DNA from: Phycisphaerae bacterium
GTDB taxonomy: Bacteria > Planctomycetota > Phycisphaerae > JAAYCJ01
Direction: 5' to 3'
NCBI GenBank assembly: GCA_012729815.1
Contig: JAAYCJ010000174.1
Coordinates: 1,668 to 65,667 of the forward strand
DNA length: 64,000 nucleotides
Shown here: piece after piece, positions 19,088 through 29,239 of the stretch
How positions within the stretch are numbered: the stretch's first letter is position 1
Layout: every line of letters starts with the position of its first letter
Notes under the pieces: model-generated
The model's input: only the letters and a program-made list of their open reading frames with translations
Told to the model about the DNA's origin: nothing
Database searches by the model: none
Translations under genes and position numbers: made by a program

Positions 19088-20515
19088 TCAGGCGACGATG
19101 TTGACTGTTTTGACATTGGTCCGGCTCCGGCCGACGGTCATCGTCGGTCGCGGGCTTTCCGGCTCGGTTCTCTCCGCTTCATCCTGCGGTCCCTGTTGCC
19201 GCTGCGGTGGCTGGCGGTCCTGCCGGCCCGAATCGAAATTCTGGTTATGCTGGCCATGCTGGTGCTGCGGGTTCTGCCACTGCGGGTGCTGGGCCTGCGG
19301 CTCGCGTGTCTGGATTTCGAAACGGTTGACCGTGATGCCCTGGCTCTCGAGGGCGCTGCGCAGCTGCTCGAACCGCTCGGAAAGCACCTGCCTGGCCTCG
19401 TGCGTTTCGGTCACGATGTTCAGCCGCATCTGGTTGTCGACCAGGCGAACGTCGATCTTCAGACGTCCGAGTTCCGGCGGGTCGAGTTGCACCGTCAACT
19501 GGCTCTGGCGTTCGCCGACGTTGCTGCGGATCACGTGCAGGATGCGGCCGATGTTGGCCTGGCCCGCCTGCGAGGCGTCCGCCTGACGCGAGACCAGGGT
19601 CTCGAGCGATTGGCCGAACGACGCGGCGGAAGTCCTGCCCGAGACGTCCGTTCCGCTGAGGGCAAGGTTCGGCGCCATTCGCGGAGCCGAGTCGCCTCCG
19701 CTGTTGCGCGAGCCCGAGCCGTCGAACTCGTCGGTCATGGCCCGGAGGAACTGCTCGGCCAGGCCCGTCTCGAATACCACCCGCCGATCGCCAGCGTTCA
19801 GCCAGTTGGCCATCATGGCCGTCCGGTCCGGGATCACCCGGGCGGCGATCCGCGTCGCCTCCTGCAGCTTTTCGGCCCTGGCGGCGGTCTCCAGTTCCAG
19901 CGGGGCCTCCGTCGCCGGATCGGCCAGTTTCTCGATGGGCGGCTTGTCCGAACTCACAGCCGGGGCTTTCGCCTCGGACCGTGGCGGCGCGGCCTCCTGC
20001 CCCGCCTCAACCGCGGTCTGTGAGTCCGCCATCGGCTGACTGGCGAGAGCGCTGACGGTGGCCTCCGTGCTCGCCCCGGGGGAAAATCCGTTTTTACTGC
20101 CGTCAACGCCCTTGTCGGAACCGGCGTCCTGCATCTGCCCGGAGTCAGATGATTTTTGAACGCCGTCGCCAGTATCATTCGCGGCGCCGCCCTCCGACGC
20201 CGACGCTTGCCGATCCGGTGCCTCCGTTCCCTTCGCCCCGTCGGTCCGCGCTCTCTCGCCATCGTTTCGCGACTCGTCGGATGTCCGTTCGGCCCGCGCG
20301 CGGGTCTCGTCGGGACGTTCCTCCGCCCGATCCGACTTGGCGCCCTCCCGCTCCTGGCCGGCGGCCAGGCGATGCGAATCCGGCGAAGCCGATCCCGCCG
20401 CCCCGCCGGCCAGCATCTGGGCGAAGTCGTCATCGTTCTGCAGCTGCACGCTCGACCGTCCCCGTTCGGGGCTCTGAGCGGTCAACGACTCTCTTGGTGA
20501 AACCTGGATCATCAT
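19088..20515 (-). CDS. fliK: flagellar hook-length control protein FliK
   Basis: Long acidic/Ser-rich N-terminal region and a C-terminal Flg_hook domain (LTVQLDPPELGRLKIDVRLVDNQMRLNIVTE). Confidence 0.85.
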   Translation of the reverse strand: MMIQVSPRESLTAQSPERGRSSVQLQNDDDFAQMLAGGAAGSASPDSHRLAAGQEREGAKSDRAEERPDETRARAERTSDESRNDGERARTDGAKGTEAPDRQASASEGGAANDTGDGVQKSSDSGQMQDAGSDKGVDGSKNGFSPGASTEATVSALASQPMADSQTAVEAGQEAAPPRSEAKAPAVSSDKPPIEKLADPATEAPLELETAARAEKLQEATRIAARVIPDRTAMMANWLNAGDRRVVFETGLAEQFLRAMTDEFDGSGSRNSGGDSAPRMAPNLALSGTDVSGRTSAASFGQSLETLVSRQADASQAGQANIGRILHVIRSNVGERQSQLTVQLDPPELGRLKIDVRLVDNQMRLNIVTETHEARQVLSERFEQLRSALESQGITVNRFEIQTREPQAQHPQWQNPQHQHGQHNQNFDSGRQDRQPPQRQQGPQDEAERTEPESPRPTMTVGRSRTNVKTVNIVA

Positions 20516-20516
20516 G

Positions 20517-21149
20517 TCAGATGCTCTCGCTGTCCTTCTGCCCGTTCAGGATGATTTCCTGGGTGCGTATCCGTTCGGTGATCTGCCGGCGCTTCTCCTG
20601 CTCAGCCGGCGTGGCGAATTCCTGGAGGATCTTGGCCTGGTTCCGCTTCGGCATGCTCATCAGATAGCGGACCACGATCTCCAGGTCGAGTTTCATAAAG
20701 TCCTCTTTGACCTGGTCCGGCGGAAGCTGGGTGTACATGCTCAGGGCCTGGCGGAAACCCTCGTCCTCGTTGGCCTTCTGCTGGAGTTCGACCTGGCGGG
20801 CGAAGAGGCCTCGCTCGTCCTGGAACGCCTCGCGATCGCGGATGAGCTTGAGTTCGGCGTCCTTGAGGCGGGTCAGCCGGTCGTCGACCACCCGGAGTTG
20901 ACGGTCGAGCATGGCCGAGCGCATCTCCACCTGTTCCAGCCCCATCGCCGGCGCCTCAGCCGCCGGCTGGGTCGTCGGCGTCTCCTCGTGAACCACCTCC
21001 ACCATCTCCTTACCCGCCAGCACCGCGGCGATGGTGTTCGCCACATCAGCGTTGAGTCGTCCGGACAGCACGAGATAGCCGAACAGCCCGCTCAGCACGA
21101 GCACGACCGCCAACGACACCAGGGCCAGCAGGTGGTAGATCAGTTTCAT
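20517..21149 (-). CDS. flagellar operon protein, YlxF/FlbB-like (MgtE-N-like), N-terminal TM
   Basis: Sits between fliJ and fliK, as ylxF does in Bacillus fla operons. Coiled-coil plus a KILQEFATPAEQ-type motif. Family assignment is tentative. Confidence 0.55.
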   Translation of the reverse strand: MKLIYHLLALVSLAVVLVLSGLFGYLVLSGRLNADVANTIAAVLAGKEMVEVVHEETPTTQPAAEAPAMGLEQVEMRSAMLDRQLRVVDDRLTRLKDAELKLIRDREAFQDERGLFARQVELQQKANEDEGFRQALSMYTQLPPDQVKEDFMKLDLEIVVRYLMSMPKRNQAKILQEFATPAEQEKRRQITERIRTQEIILNGQKDSESI

Positions 21150-21619
21150 GCGTCGGTATCCTCATCGCCCATCTGGCGGCGCCACGCGTACTTGGACGTC
21201 GCCACGTCGTCCAGGGCCAGCGTTTCCTTGCGCCGCAACTCGGCCATGAAACGCTCGCGGGTCCGCTCCTTGAGTTTTTCCATGATGTCCGTCTGCTTCT
21301 TGGCCTCGGCCAGTTCCAGCTTCGCCTCGTCCACCAGCTTCTGGGCGCCGGCCAGCGACTGCATTTCCGTGTGCCGCACCACGTGCAGGTGGTTCAGGTA
21401 ACGGCGGTCGCCGATGAGGCGGTCCGGACTCAGCGTTCCAACCAGGTCCGTCTGACGGATGCTCTCGTAGTGCTGCTCGATCTGCTGATCGACGGCGGCC
21501 AGTTGGTCACGGGCCCGGACAAGCAGCGCGACGCGCTGGGCAACCTTCCGCTCCTGCTGCTCCTGGCGGAGCTTGCGAAGCTTGAGGATTGGTTCCAGCC
21601 TGAATTTGAATGCCGCCAT
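21146..21619 (-). CDS. fliJ: flagellar export chaperone FliJ
   Basis: 157 aa coiled coil starting MAAFKFRLEPILKLRKLRQEQ. Immediately after fliI. Confidence 0.85.
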   Translation of the reverse strand: MAAFKFRLEPILKLRKLRQEQQERKVAQRVALLVRARDQLAAVDQQIEQHYESIRQTDLVGTLSPDRLIGDRRYLNHLHVVRHTEMQSLAGAQKLVDEAKLELAEAKKQTDIMEKLKERTRERFMAELRRKETLALDDVATSKYAWRRQMGDEDTDA

Positions 21620-21622
21620 CGA

Positions 21623-22999
21623 CTATTCCTTTCCCGCCGGCTGTGCCGACCCGCTGCGCTTGCCGTGGGCATTCTGGGCTTCCTGGTCGATCTTTGCGTT
21701 GAGTTCGAGCAGCGCCTTTTTGGCCTGGCCAAAGAGCACCCGGTCCCGCATGCCCTGGCGCACGAAGTTGTCGATGGCCGGGTGCGTTCGCACCGCCAGA
21801 TCGATCTCCGGATTGCTGCCCGGCACGTAGGCCCCGATGTTGACCAGGTCCTCGACGTCGTTGAAGATCGCGATCAGCCGCTTGATCCGCGAGGCCACGT
21901 CCCGGTGCGGCGAGTCCACCACGTCCGGCATCACGCGACTGACGCTTTCGAGCACCGAGATCGCCGGATAGTGTCCGCGGTTGGCCAGCGACCGCGACAG
22001 CCAGACGTGGCCGTCGAGGATTCCGCGGACCGCGTCGCTGACCGGTTCGGTAATATCGTCACCCTCGACGAGCACGGTATAGAAGCCGGTGATCGAACCC
22101 TGATCCGACTGCCCGGCCCGTTCGAGGAGTTTGGGCAGCATGGCAAAGACGCTGGGCGTATAGCCCTTGGTCGCCGGCGGCTCGCCCGCGGCGAGCCCGA
22201 TCTGCCGCTGGGCCATCGCCAAGCGGGTCAGCGAGTCAACCAGCAAGAGCACGTTGAGCCCCTGGTCGCGGTAGTACTCGGCGATCGACGTCGCCGCCAT
22301 GGTCGCCCGGATACGCAACACCGGCGACTGGTCCGAGGTGCTGACGACGACCACCGCCCGCTTGCGCCCCTCTTCGGTCAGATCGCGATCGAGGAAGTCG
22401 CGAACCTCCTTGCCCCGCTCGCCGACCAGGCCGATCACGATCACGTCGGCTGAAGTGTACCGGGCAATCATGCCCAGCAGGATGCTCTTGCCCACGCCCG
22501 GCCCGGCGAAGATGCCCATGCGCTGGCCCTTGCCGCAGGTCAACAGCGAATCGATCACGCGGATGCCCGTGCCCAGCGGCTCGGTGATGCGTTTCCGCGT
22601 GGTGGCCGAAGGGGCGGCATTGGTCAACGGGTAGTAATCCTGCGGGCAAATCTCGCCCAGGCCGTCGACCGGCTGCCCGAACCCGTCCAGCACGCGTCCC
22701 AGCATCGACATGCCCACCGGCACGTGCTGCAGACTGCTCGTGCAGCGAACGCGATCTCCCCGGGCGACACCGACCAGTTCGTCGTAGGGCATGATGACGG
22801 TCTGGCTGTCCTTGAAGCCGACCACCTCGCCCAGCAGCGGACGCCCCGTCCGCCGAACGATCTGGCACTGCGACCCGACCGGCACCGGCAAATCGTCCGC
22901 GGTGACCGTCAGGCCCGCCACGCCGGTAACCACACCGGTCAGCCCGAACGGGCTGATCTGCTCGAGCAGTTCGTGTTGTCGGGCGAACATCGTGGTCAT
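21623..22999 (-). CDS. fliI: flagellum-specific ATPase FliI
   Basis: Walker A GPGVGKSILLG and the F1/T3SS ATPase fold motifs. Confidence 0.95.
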   Translation of the reverse strand: MTTMFARQHELLEQISPFGLTGVVTGVAGLTVTADDLPVPVGSQCQIVRRTGRPLLGEVVGFKDSQTVIMPYDELVGVARGDRVRCTSSLQHVPVGMSMLGRVLDGFGQPVDGLGEICPQDYYPLTNAAPSATTRKRITEPLGTGIRVIDSLLTCGKGQRMGIFAGPGVGKSILLGMIARYTSADVIVIGLVGERGKEVRDFLDRDLTEEGRKRAVVVVSTSDQSPVLRIRATMAATSIAEYYRDQGLNVLLLVDSLTRLAMAQRQIGLAAGEPPATKGYTPSVFAMLPKLLERAGQSDQGSITGFYTVLVEGDDITEPVSDAVRGILDGHVWLSRSLANRGHYPAISVLESVSRVMPDVVDSPHRDVASRIKRLIAIFNDVEDLVNIGAYVPGSNPEIDLAVRTHPAIDNFVRQGMRDRVLFGQAKKALLELNAKIDQEAQNAHGKRSGSAQPAGKE

Positions 23000-23811
23000 G
23001 CCGTCGGATCATCCTCGCTCTGCGGCGGCGCATCGGGTGCTTCCTGAACCGCTGGAACCCGGCTCCAGGCCTCCGTTCTGGCCTCCATGCCCGGCACCAG
23101 GTGCTTGGCGATCATTTCGATCTGGGTGGCGATGCGGCCATCCACCTCGCCGCCCGCCGACCGGACCAGACAGCCGAACCGCTCCACCGACGGGTCGGCA
23201 ACGAATTTGACGTTCTCCATTCCCGCGCGGAACTCGGCATGCTGAGGATCGAGTTGCTCCAGCGACTCGAGGTCCACCGGGTGCATGCGGACGACCACCT
23301 GGTGACTCGATGCCACCAGATCGACCGCTGACCGGACGGAGGCCAGCACCGCCTCCGGATCGTGCTCCACCGTCCGCCGGATCACCTTTTCCGCGATCGC
23401 CAGGGCCAGGGCGAGCAGGTCGCGGTAGGCCCGGCTCACCAGTTCGTGGCGCTCGCGGTCGAATTTCGTCAGGAGGTCCTCCAGCGATTTGCGGAGCTCA
23501 GCCGCCTGCTCCGCGTGCTGCTTTCGGCTCTCTTCGAGGGCCCGCTTCTGTCCCGCTTCGCGTCCTTCGGCCAGCCCCTGTTCGATCCCGGCCTTGCGGC
23601 CCTGCTCTTTGGCCTCCGCCTGGAGCTGTTCCGCCTTCGTCTTGGCCTGTTCGAGGATCCTGGCCGCCTCGGTCCGCGCCGTCTCCAACTCGGCGAGGCC
23701 CTGCCGGCGGATTTGATCGGCTTCTTCCCGCACGTCTGCGATATTGAACCGCGAGGGCCGAAGCCCCTCAACGCCCAGCATCCTGTTCTTCAGCACTACC
23801 GCCATAGTCAT
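22996..23811 (-). CDS. fliH: flagellar assembly protein FliH
   Basis: E/A/K-rich N-terminal coiled coil and a C-terminal FliH/NolV domain (RSAGGEVDGRIATQIEMI). Confidence 0.8.
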   Translation of the reverse strand: MTMAVVLKNRMLGVEGLRPSRFNIADVREEADQIRRQGLAELETARTEAARILEQAKTKAEQLQAEAKEQGRKAGIEQGLAEGREAGQKRALEESRKQHAEQAAELRKSLEDLLTKFDRERHELVSRAYRDLLALALAIAEKVIRRTVEHDPEAVLASVRSAVDLVASSHQVVVRMHPVDLESLEQLDPQHAEFRAGMENVKFVADPSVERFGCLVRSAGGEVDGRIATQIEMIAKHLVPGMEARTEAWSRVPAVQEAPDAPPQSEDDPTA

Positions 23812-23814
23812 CCG

Positions 23815-24861
23815 TTACACAATGATGTCGCCGGCTCCGCCGCGACCGGCGATCACGATCTCGCCGGCGTCGTCGAGCCGCCGAACAATGTCCACGATCT
23901 TCTGCTGCGCCGCTTCCACGTCGGCCAGCCGCACCGGACCCATGTACTCCATCTCCTCGTTGATCATCGCCGCCGCCCGCTCCGACATGTTGCGGAAGAT
24001 CTTCTCCTTGAGCTCTTCCGAAGCCGTCTTGAGGGCCAACGCCAGGTCCGAGTTGTCCACCTCCTTGAGCACCGTCTGAATGCCGCGGTCGTCCACCAGG
24101 TTGATGTCCTCGAACACGAACATCAGCCGGCGGATCTGCTCGACCAGCTCCGGATCGACCGTCTCGAGCTGCTCCAGGATCGCCTTCTCCGTGGTCCGAT
24201 CGGCCAGGTTCAGGATGCTCGCCACCGTCTCGACTCCGCCGGCCTTCTCGAACGTCTGCGACACGATCGCCGAAAGCCGCCCTTCCAGGCCTCGCTCGAC
24301 CTCGCGGATCACCTCCGGATTCGTCTGCTCCATCCGGGCGATCCGCACCACCACCTCCGACTGCTTCTCCTGCGACAAACCGCCGAGCACCTCGCCCGCC
24401 TTCTCCGGCGGCAGGTGCGAGAGGATCAGCGCGATCGTCTGAGGGTGCTCGTCCTGGATGAACGTCAGGAGGTTTTCGCTCTCAGCCTTGTGCAGAAACG
24501 CGAACGGCGTGGCGTTGACCGTCTGCTCGATGTGCTCCATCACCCGCTCGGCCTCTTCCTTCGGCAGCGACTGTTCCAAAAGGGTCTTGGCCAGCAGGAT
24601 GCCGCCCTGCTCGGCGTACGACTGGGCGAGGGCGAGGTTGTAGAACTCCTCGACCACCGAGTTGCACAGGTCCGGCTTGACCTGCCCGAGCCCGGCGATC
24701 TCCCGCGTCACGTCCGTCACCGAGTCCCGGTCCAGCCGCTTGAGGATCTCGGCCGCCGCGTCCTCCGAAACCGTCAGCAGCAGGATCGCCGCCTTCCGGA
24801 TCCCGGAAAGCCGCTTGTCATCCACCGCCTGTTTCGATTTCTGCTTCTGCTGGACCGCCAT
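23815..24861 (-). CDS. fliG: flagellar motor switch protein FliG
   Basis: 348 aa with the FliG N/M/C domains. Confidence 0.9.
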   Translation of the reverse strand: MAVQQKQKSKQAVDDKRLSGIRKAAILLLTVSEDAAAEILKRLDRDSVTDVTREIAGLGQVKPDLCNSVVEEFYNLALAQSYAEQGGILLAKTLLEQSLPKEEAERVMEHIEQTVNATPFAFLHKAESENLLTFIQDEHPQTIALILSHLPPEKAGEVLGGLSQEKQSEVVVRIARMEQTNPEVIREVERGLEGRLSAIVSQTFEKAGGVETVASILNLADRTTEKAILEQLETVDPELVEQIRRLMFVFEDINLVDDRGIQTVLKEVDNSDLALALKTASEELKEKIFRNMSERAAAMINEEMEYMGPVRLADVEAAQQKIVDIVRRLDDAGEIVIAGRGGAGDIIV

Positions 24862-24876
24862 GCGTCTTGGGCTCCG

Positions 24877-26517
24877 TTATTTGTCCTGCACGATCCACTG
24901 CCGGACCAGACTCGCCGCCGAGTCCGGATCCTCCTTGACCAGCGTGGCAACCTGCTCGGCCATGTTCCGCACCCGCACCGTGTCCTCATCGACCTCGACA
25001 CCCTGCAGGACCCCTTCGGTCTGTCCCGCCTCGCCCACCGGACCCTGGTCCGATTCGAGGGCCGGCGGCGGTTCGTTGAGGGCCTCCAGATCGGTTCGCG
25101 GCAGCGAGATGCTGGACGAGGCCTTACGGAGCATCATCAGCACCATGGCCAGACTCGAGAGGGCCAGCACCAGCAGGCCCGCCGGTTTGGCGTACTCCAT
25201 CACGCCGCCCGGCAGCACGGTCCCGCCGGCCCCGGCCGTCGCCGCCGTCGCCGCCTCGGCGCCGGGCGTCTGCCGCTCGTAGTACCAGCTTGCCTGGACC
25301 TGGTTCAGGTCCGTTCCTCCGATCACCGGAAGAACGGTCTTGCGGATCTCGGCCAACTGGGTCTGGATCAGCGTGTCCAGTTGTTCGGGGCTGGGCTTCT
25401 CCTCGCTGCCCGTGCGGTCGCGGTAGACCTGGAGGAAGTAGCTTCGGGGAACGTTCACTGTCGCCTGGATCGACTTGACCTCATCGGGCAGCGTCTGACG
25501 GACGATCGTCGTCTTGTCCCGCTCGTTGTTGAATTCCGTCTCGCTCTCCTTCTCGGTCGACTGCTCCAGTTGTTCAGCGGAGCTGGCCAGCGCCACGCCC
25601 ACGTTCGGCCGCACCCCCGGTTCGCCGCCCGAATCGCCCCGGCTGTTGGTGCTCTTGATTTCATGCTCCTTCGAGACCACCGGTTCGCCGAGCTTCTGCT
25701 CTTCGGTGTGGACCTTTTCCGACTCCAGTTCGACGTAGACCTCGACCAGCGCGTCCGGAATGCCCAGGACGTGCACGACCTTGTCCACGAAGTGCCGCTC
25801 GTACTCCCGGCGACGGTCCAGCAGGTCGCCGCCAAACGCCGAGTCGCTGCCCGGCGCCCGGTAGGCTGAGCCGTCAGCCACGATGTTGACCCGGTCCCGG
25901 GTCAACCGATCCACCGCCCCGGAAACCAGGTCCGCCACCGCCATGACCAGATGTTTGCTCGGCTTGTTGCCGCCCCGCATCTGCAGGTAGACCGACGCCG
26001 ACGGGTCGCTGCTCGGTCCGTCCGAGAGCAGCCGCCGGCTGCCCTGGTTGATAATCACGTGCGCGTCGTGGACGTCGTCCATCATCGCCACCACCTGGGC
26101 CAGACGCTGCTCCAGCGCCAGTTGCCAGCGCCGCTGGCGGTCCTCGGAGGTCAGCCACATGTCCGACTCTTCAATGTACTTGCGCCACCCCTCGCGCATG
26201 TCCTTGGGCAGCGCGCCGGCCAACTGAAGCCGGGCCAGCAGGCGGTCGCGGTCCTGCCGGCGAACCAGTATCTTGTTGCCCTCCACCTGGTACGTCACGC
26301 CCCACGTGTCCAACTGGTTCTGGATCGACGCCACCTCGCCCGCCGAGAAGTCCTGTTCGAGCAGCGGGATCAGTTCCGGCGTGGCCGTACCCACGATCAA
26401 CCAGACGAACGCCAGCCCCATCAGAACCAGAATCAGCAGGAACAGAATCTTGTCCCGGGCGTTCAGCGAACCCAGATGCTCCTGAATCTGAACCAGCGCC
26501 TTTTTAACGAACTCCAT
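24877..26517 (-). CDS. fliF: flagellar M-ring protein FliF
   Basis: 546 aa with an N-terminal TM, a YscJ/FliF domain (KILVRRQDRDRLLARLQLAGALP) and a C-terminal TM. Confidence 0.9.
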   Translation of the reverse strand: MEFVKKALVQIQEHLGSLNARDKILFLLILVLMGLAFVWLIVGTATPELIPLLEQDFSAGEVASIQNQLDTWGVTYQVEGNKILVRRQDRDRLLARLQLAGALPKDMREGWRKYIEESDMWLTSEDRQRRWQLALEQRLAQVVAMMDDVHDAHVIINQGSRRLLSDGPSSDPSASVYLQMRGGNKPSKHLVMAVADLVSGAVDRLTRDRVNIVADGSAYRAPGSDSAFGGDLLDRRREYERHFVDKVVHVLGIPDALVEVYVELESEKVHTEEQKLGEPVVSKEHEIKSTNSRGDSGGEPGVRPNVGVALASSAEQLEQSTEKESETEFNNERDKTTIVRQTLPDEVKSIQATVNVPRSYFLQVYRDRTGSEEKPSPEQLDTLIQTQLAEIRKTVLPVIGGTDLNQVQASWYYERQTPGAEAATAATAGAGGTVLPGGVMEYAKPAGLLVLALSSLAMVLMMLRKASSSISLPRTDLEALNEPPPALESDQGPVGEAGQTEGVLQGVEVDEDTVRVRNMAEQVATLVKEDPDSAASLVRQWIVQDK

Positions 26518-26546
26518 TTCGTTTCACCCCGTAAGTGCGCGGATCG

Positions 26547-26867
26547 TCACATCCGCATGTTGCGTATCTCCGTATACGCATCCACCAACTGGTTCCGTAT
26601 CTGCATCAGCAGCGAGAAGGCGACGTCCGCCTTCCGCACCGCCGAGAACACCTCAGCCACGTTGGTCGCCTGACCCGTGGCCAGTTTTTCGGTCGCCGTC
26701 TGCGCCTCCTGCTGCAGACGGTTGACCTCGCTGATACTGTCGAGCAACTGCTGCTTGAAGTCCTTGCCGTCGGCCGAGCCCGCTCCACCCGCCCCACCGA
26801 CTCCCTGGCCGCCCTGGGTCGGCCGGACCTTGCTCAGGTTGTTCAGAAATTCCAGTTTATCCACCAT
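26547..26867 (-). CDS. fliE: flagellar hook-basal body protein FliE
   Basis: 106 aa with C-terminus AEVFSAVRKADVAFSLLMQIRNQLVDAYTEIRNM. Confidence 0.9.
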   Translation of the reverse strand: MVDKLEFLNNLSKVRPTQGGQGVGGAGGAGSADGKDFKQQLLDSISEVNRLQQEAQTATEKLATGQATNVAEVFSAVRKADVAFSLLMQIRNQLVDAYTEIRNMRM

Positions 26868-26899
26868 GCCTGCTATCTCCCGTCTCTATCCGCTCCACG

Positions 26900-27313
26900 T
26901 CACGCGAGCAGCCGCATCGAATTGGCGATCATCGACTTGGACAGTTCGTACGCCGCCAGGTTCGCCTCATACGCCCGGCCCGCTTCGATCGCGTTGATGT
27001 ACTCGAACGTAGGATCAATATTCGGATACTGCACATGACCGGCGTTGGGACCCGAGGCGATCGCGTGCTTGTGGCCCGGCTCGTACTTGAGCCGGAAGTC
27101 CGAAGGGTCCTGTTCGACGCTGGCCACCGTCACGCCCAAACCGTCGCCGGCCGACGAACCGGGACGAAATACCACGAACCGACGGCGGTACGGATTGGGC
27201 CTGCCGTATTCGTCCTCGGTCACGTCGGACATGGCCAGGTTTCCCGCGACCACGTCCATCCGCGTCCGCTGGGCGACCATCCCGCTCGTGCTGATGTCCA
27301 AACTCGTAAACAT
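26900..27313 (-). CDS. flgC: flagellar basal-body rod protein FlgC
   Basis: 137 aa with GMVAQRTRMDVVAGNLA...YPNIDPTFEYINAIEAGRAYEANL. Confidence 0.9.
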   Translation of the reverse strand: MFTSLDISTSGMVAQRTRMDVVAGNLAMSDVTEDEYGRPNPYRRRFVVFRPGSSAGDGLGVTVASVEQDPSDFRLKYEPGHKHAIASGPNAGHVQYPNIDPTFEYINAIEAGRAYEANLAAYELSKSMIANSMRLLA

Positions 27314-27339
27314 CTAATCCTGTCCTCTATCCGGTGAAG

Positions 27340-27717
27340 CTAGAACCGCATCCGGATCGCCGTGTCCAGCAGATGGAACCGGCTCCGAAGCAGTTCCATC
27401 GCCACGTTGTGCATGATTCCGTTCCGGGCCATCTCCGAAACCTGCTTTTCGACGCTGCGGTTGTTGCCGTCGTGGAACAGCAGGTACTGGTCATGGTCGA
27501 TCTGAGGTTCCCGGTCAATCGTCGTCTGTCCGGATTTCCGCTGCTCGACCATCCGCTGCAGGTCCGACTGAAACGCCTCGCAGTCCAGGTCCTGGCACTT
27601 GTAGCCGGGCGTATCGATGTTGGCGATGTTATTCGCCAGCAGTTCGTGGCGGGCCTGGCAAAACGTTGCCACCCGCTCCAGAACGCCTATCTCCGGCATG
27701 TCCAACAGCCCTGACAT
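27340..27717 (-). CDS. flgB: flagellar basal-body rod protein FlgB
   Basis: 125 aa with NNIANIDTPGYK; first gene of the rod/hook cluster. Confidence 0.9.
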   Translation of the reverse strand: MSGLLDMPEIGVLERVATFCQARHELLANNIANIDTPGYKCQDLDCEAFQSDLQRMVEQRKSGQTTIDREPQIDHDQYLLFHDGNNRSVEKQVSEMARNGIMHNVAMELLRSRFHLLDTAIRMRF

Positions 27718-27758
27718 CGCTCAAACCTTTCCGTCCCGCGGCGCGGAACCCGTACTGC

Positions 27759-27774
27759 CGATTCCTACAGCAAC
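27759..27774 (-). promoter_or_regulatory. sigma-54 (-24/-12) promoter candidate upstream of flgB
   Basis: The minus strand reads TGGTACGGCGGTTGCT, against the consensus TGGCAC-N5-TTGCW. It has the GG and GC at correct spacing and one mismatch in the -24 box. The GC sits about 42 nt upstream of the flgB ATG, immediately downstream of the sigma-54-dependent activator gene. Confidence 0.6.
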
Positions 27775-27835
27775 CGCCGTACCAAATACCAAGTCGTTCA
27801 TTTGCAGCGATTTAGGATTCGCGCCCGATCCCGCT

Positions 27836-29239
27836 CTATCGCACATATTGCGCCTCCCGCGCAAAACCTGCGCCGGCGTAGTTCATCTCGACCCCGTCTT
27901 CCTTCCAACGTTTCAACTTCAGGCCCAGCGTCCGCAGGCCGATGCCCAGAGCCCTGGCCGTCCGGGCCCGGTGGCCGTCGTGCTCGGCCAGCGTCTTGAG
28001 GATCAGGTCGCGTTCCATATCCTCCAGCAGGTGCCCGGGCCGTCCGCTCAGTTCCGTGTCGGCCCGCTCCGGTCCGCGAAGCCACGGCTCAATCATCTCA
28101 GCCGAGATCCGCTCACCGCAACTGAGCACCCACGCCCGCTCGATCAGGTTCTCCAGTTCGCGGACGTTGCCCGGCCATGCGTAGCTCTCGAGCAGGCTCA
28201 TCGCCTCAGCGTCCAGGCGGGCCTGAGCCCGATCGTCCCGGCGGGCCAGACGCTCGAGGAAATGCTCCGCCAGCATCACGATGTCGTCCCGCCGTTGGCG
28301 AAGCGGCGGGATATGGATCGGCAGGACGCTGAGCCGGTAGTACAGGTCTTCCCGGAACGCTCCCTGATGCACCCATTGGCGGAGATTCCGGTTGGTCGTG
28401 GCGATGACCCGGACGTCGGCGTCGCGGGTCACGCTGCTGCCGACGCGTTCGAATTGCTTCTCCTGCAGCACACGCAGCAACTTGGCTTGGAGGGTCAACG
28501 GTATTTCCGAGATCTCGTCCAGCAACAGCGTCCCGCCGTCGGCGAGTTCGAAACGTCCCCGGCGAAGCTTGTCGGCCCCGGTAAAGGCCCCCTTTTCGTG
28601 CCCGAACAGCTCGCTCTCCAGCAGATTTTCCGAGAGGGCCGCGCAGTTGAGGCACAGCAGCGGCTTGCCCGACCGGGCCGAGGCGGCGTGAATGGCCCGC
28701 GAAACCATCTCCTTGCCCGTCCCGCTCTCGCCTTCCACCAGCACCGTGGCCTCGCTGCGGGCCAGTTGGGCGATCTGCCGGCGAAGCTGCCGCATCGCCT
28801 CCGATTCGCCGATCAGTTCGCGGCCGCGGCACAGGTCGCCCACCGTGCGGCGCAGGGCCTCGTTCTCCCGCTGAAGCTCGCGCTGCTGCATCGCCCGCTC
28901 GACCAGCAGTTCAATTTCCTCGGCCTCGAAGGGCTTTTGAATGTAGTCATAGGCACCCAGCTTCATCGCCTCGACCGCGGTGGCCACCGTCCCGTAGGCG
29001 GTCATCAGAATCACCGGCAGGTCCTGCCCGGCCGCCCGAAGCCGCCGCAGCAGCTCGACGCCGTCCATGCCCGGCATCTTCAGGTCCGTGATCACCAGGT
29101 CGAACGGGCCCTTGCGGACCGTCTCGAAGGCCGAGGCGGCCTGATCGAACGTGCGAACCCGGTATCCGGCCCGCCCGAGCGTGTGCATCAGCGAATCCCG
29201 CATCAGTTCCTGGTCATCAATCACCGCAATCGTTGCCAT
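27836..29239 (-). CDS. sigma-54-dependent response regulator (NtrC family; FlgR/FleR-like): REC + AAA+ + Fis HTH
   Basis: Receiver [17 protein letters not shown]+ [12 protein letters not shown] and GAFTGA (the sigma-54 contact motif). [14 protein letters not shown] and a C-terminal HTH. Overlaps the kinase gene by 23 nt. Confidence 0.9.
   Translation of the reverse strand: MATIAVIDDQELMRDSLMHTLGRAGYRVRTFDQAASAFETVRKGPFDLVITDLKMPGMDGVELLRRLRAAGQDLPVILMTAYGTVATAVEAMKLGAYDYIQKPFEAEEIELLVERAMQQRELQRENEALRRTVGDLCRGRELIGESEAMRQLRRQIAQLARSEATVLVEGESGTGKEMVSRAIHAASARSGKPLLCLNCAALSENLLESELFGHEKGAFTGADKLRRGRFELADGGTLLLDEISEIPLTLQAKLLRVLQEKQFERVGSSVTRDADVRVIATTNRNLRQWVHQGAFREDLYYRLSVLPIHIPPLRQRRDDIVMLAEHFLERLARRDDRAQARLDAEAMSLLESYAWPGNVRELENLIERAWVLSCGERISAEMIEPWLRGPERADTELSGRPGHLLEDMERDLILKTLAEHDGHRARTARALGIGLRTLGLKLKRWKEDGVEMNYAGAGFAREAQYVR

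Noticed and set aside
23362-25869. 835-aa plus-strand ORF across fliH/fliG/fliF
   Set aside because: Spans three well-supported minus-strand flagellar genes. Its composition (Leu/Arg/Asp-rich) is typical of GC-rich antisense frames.
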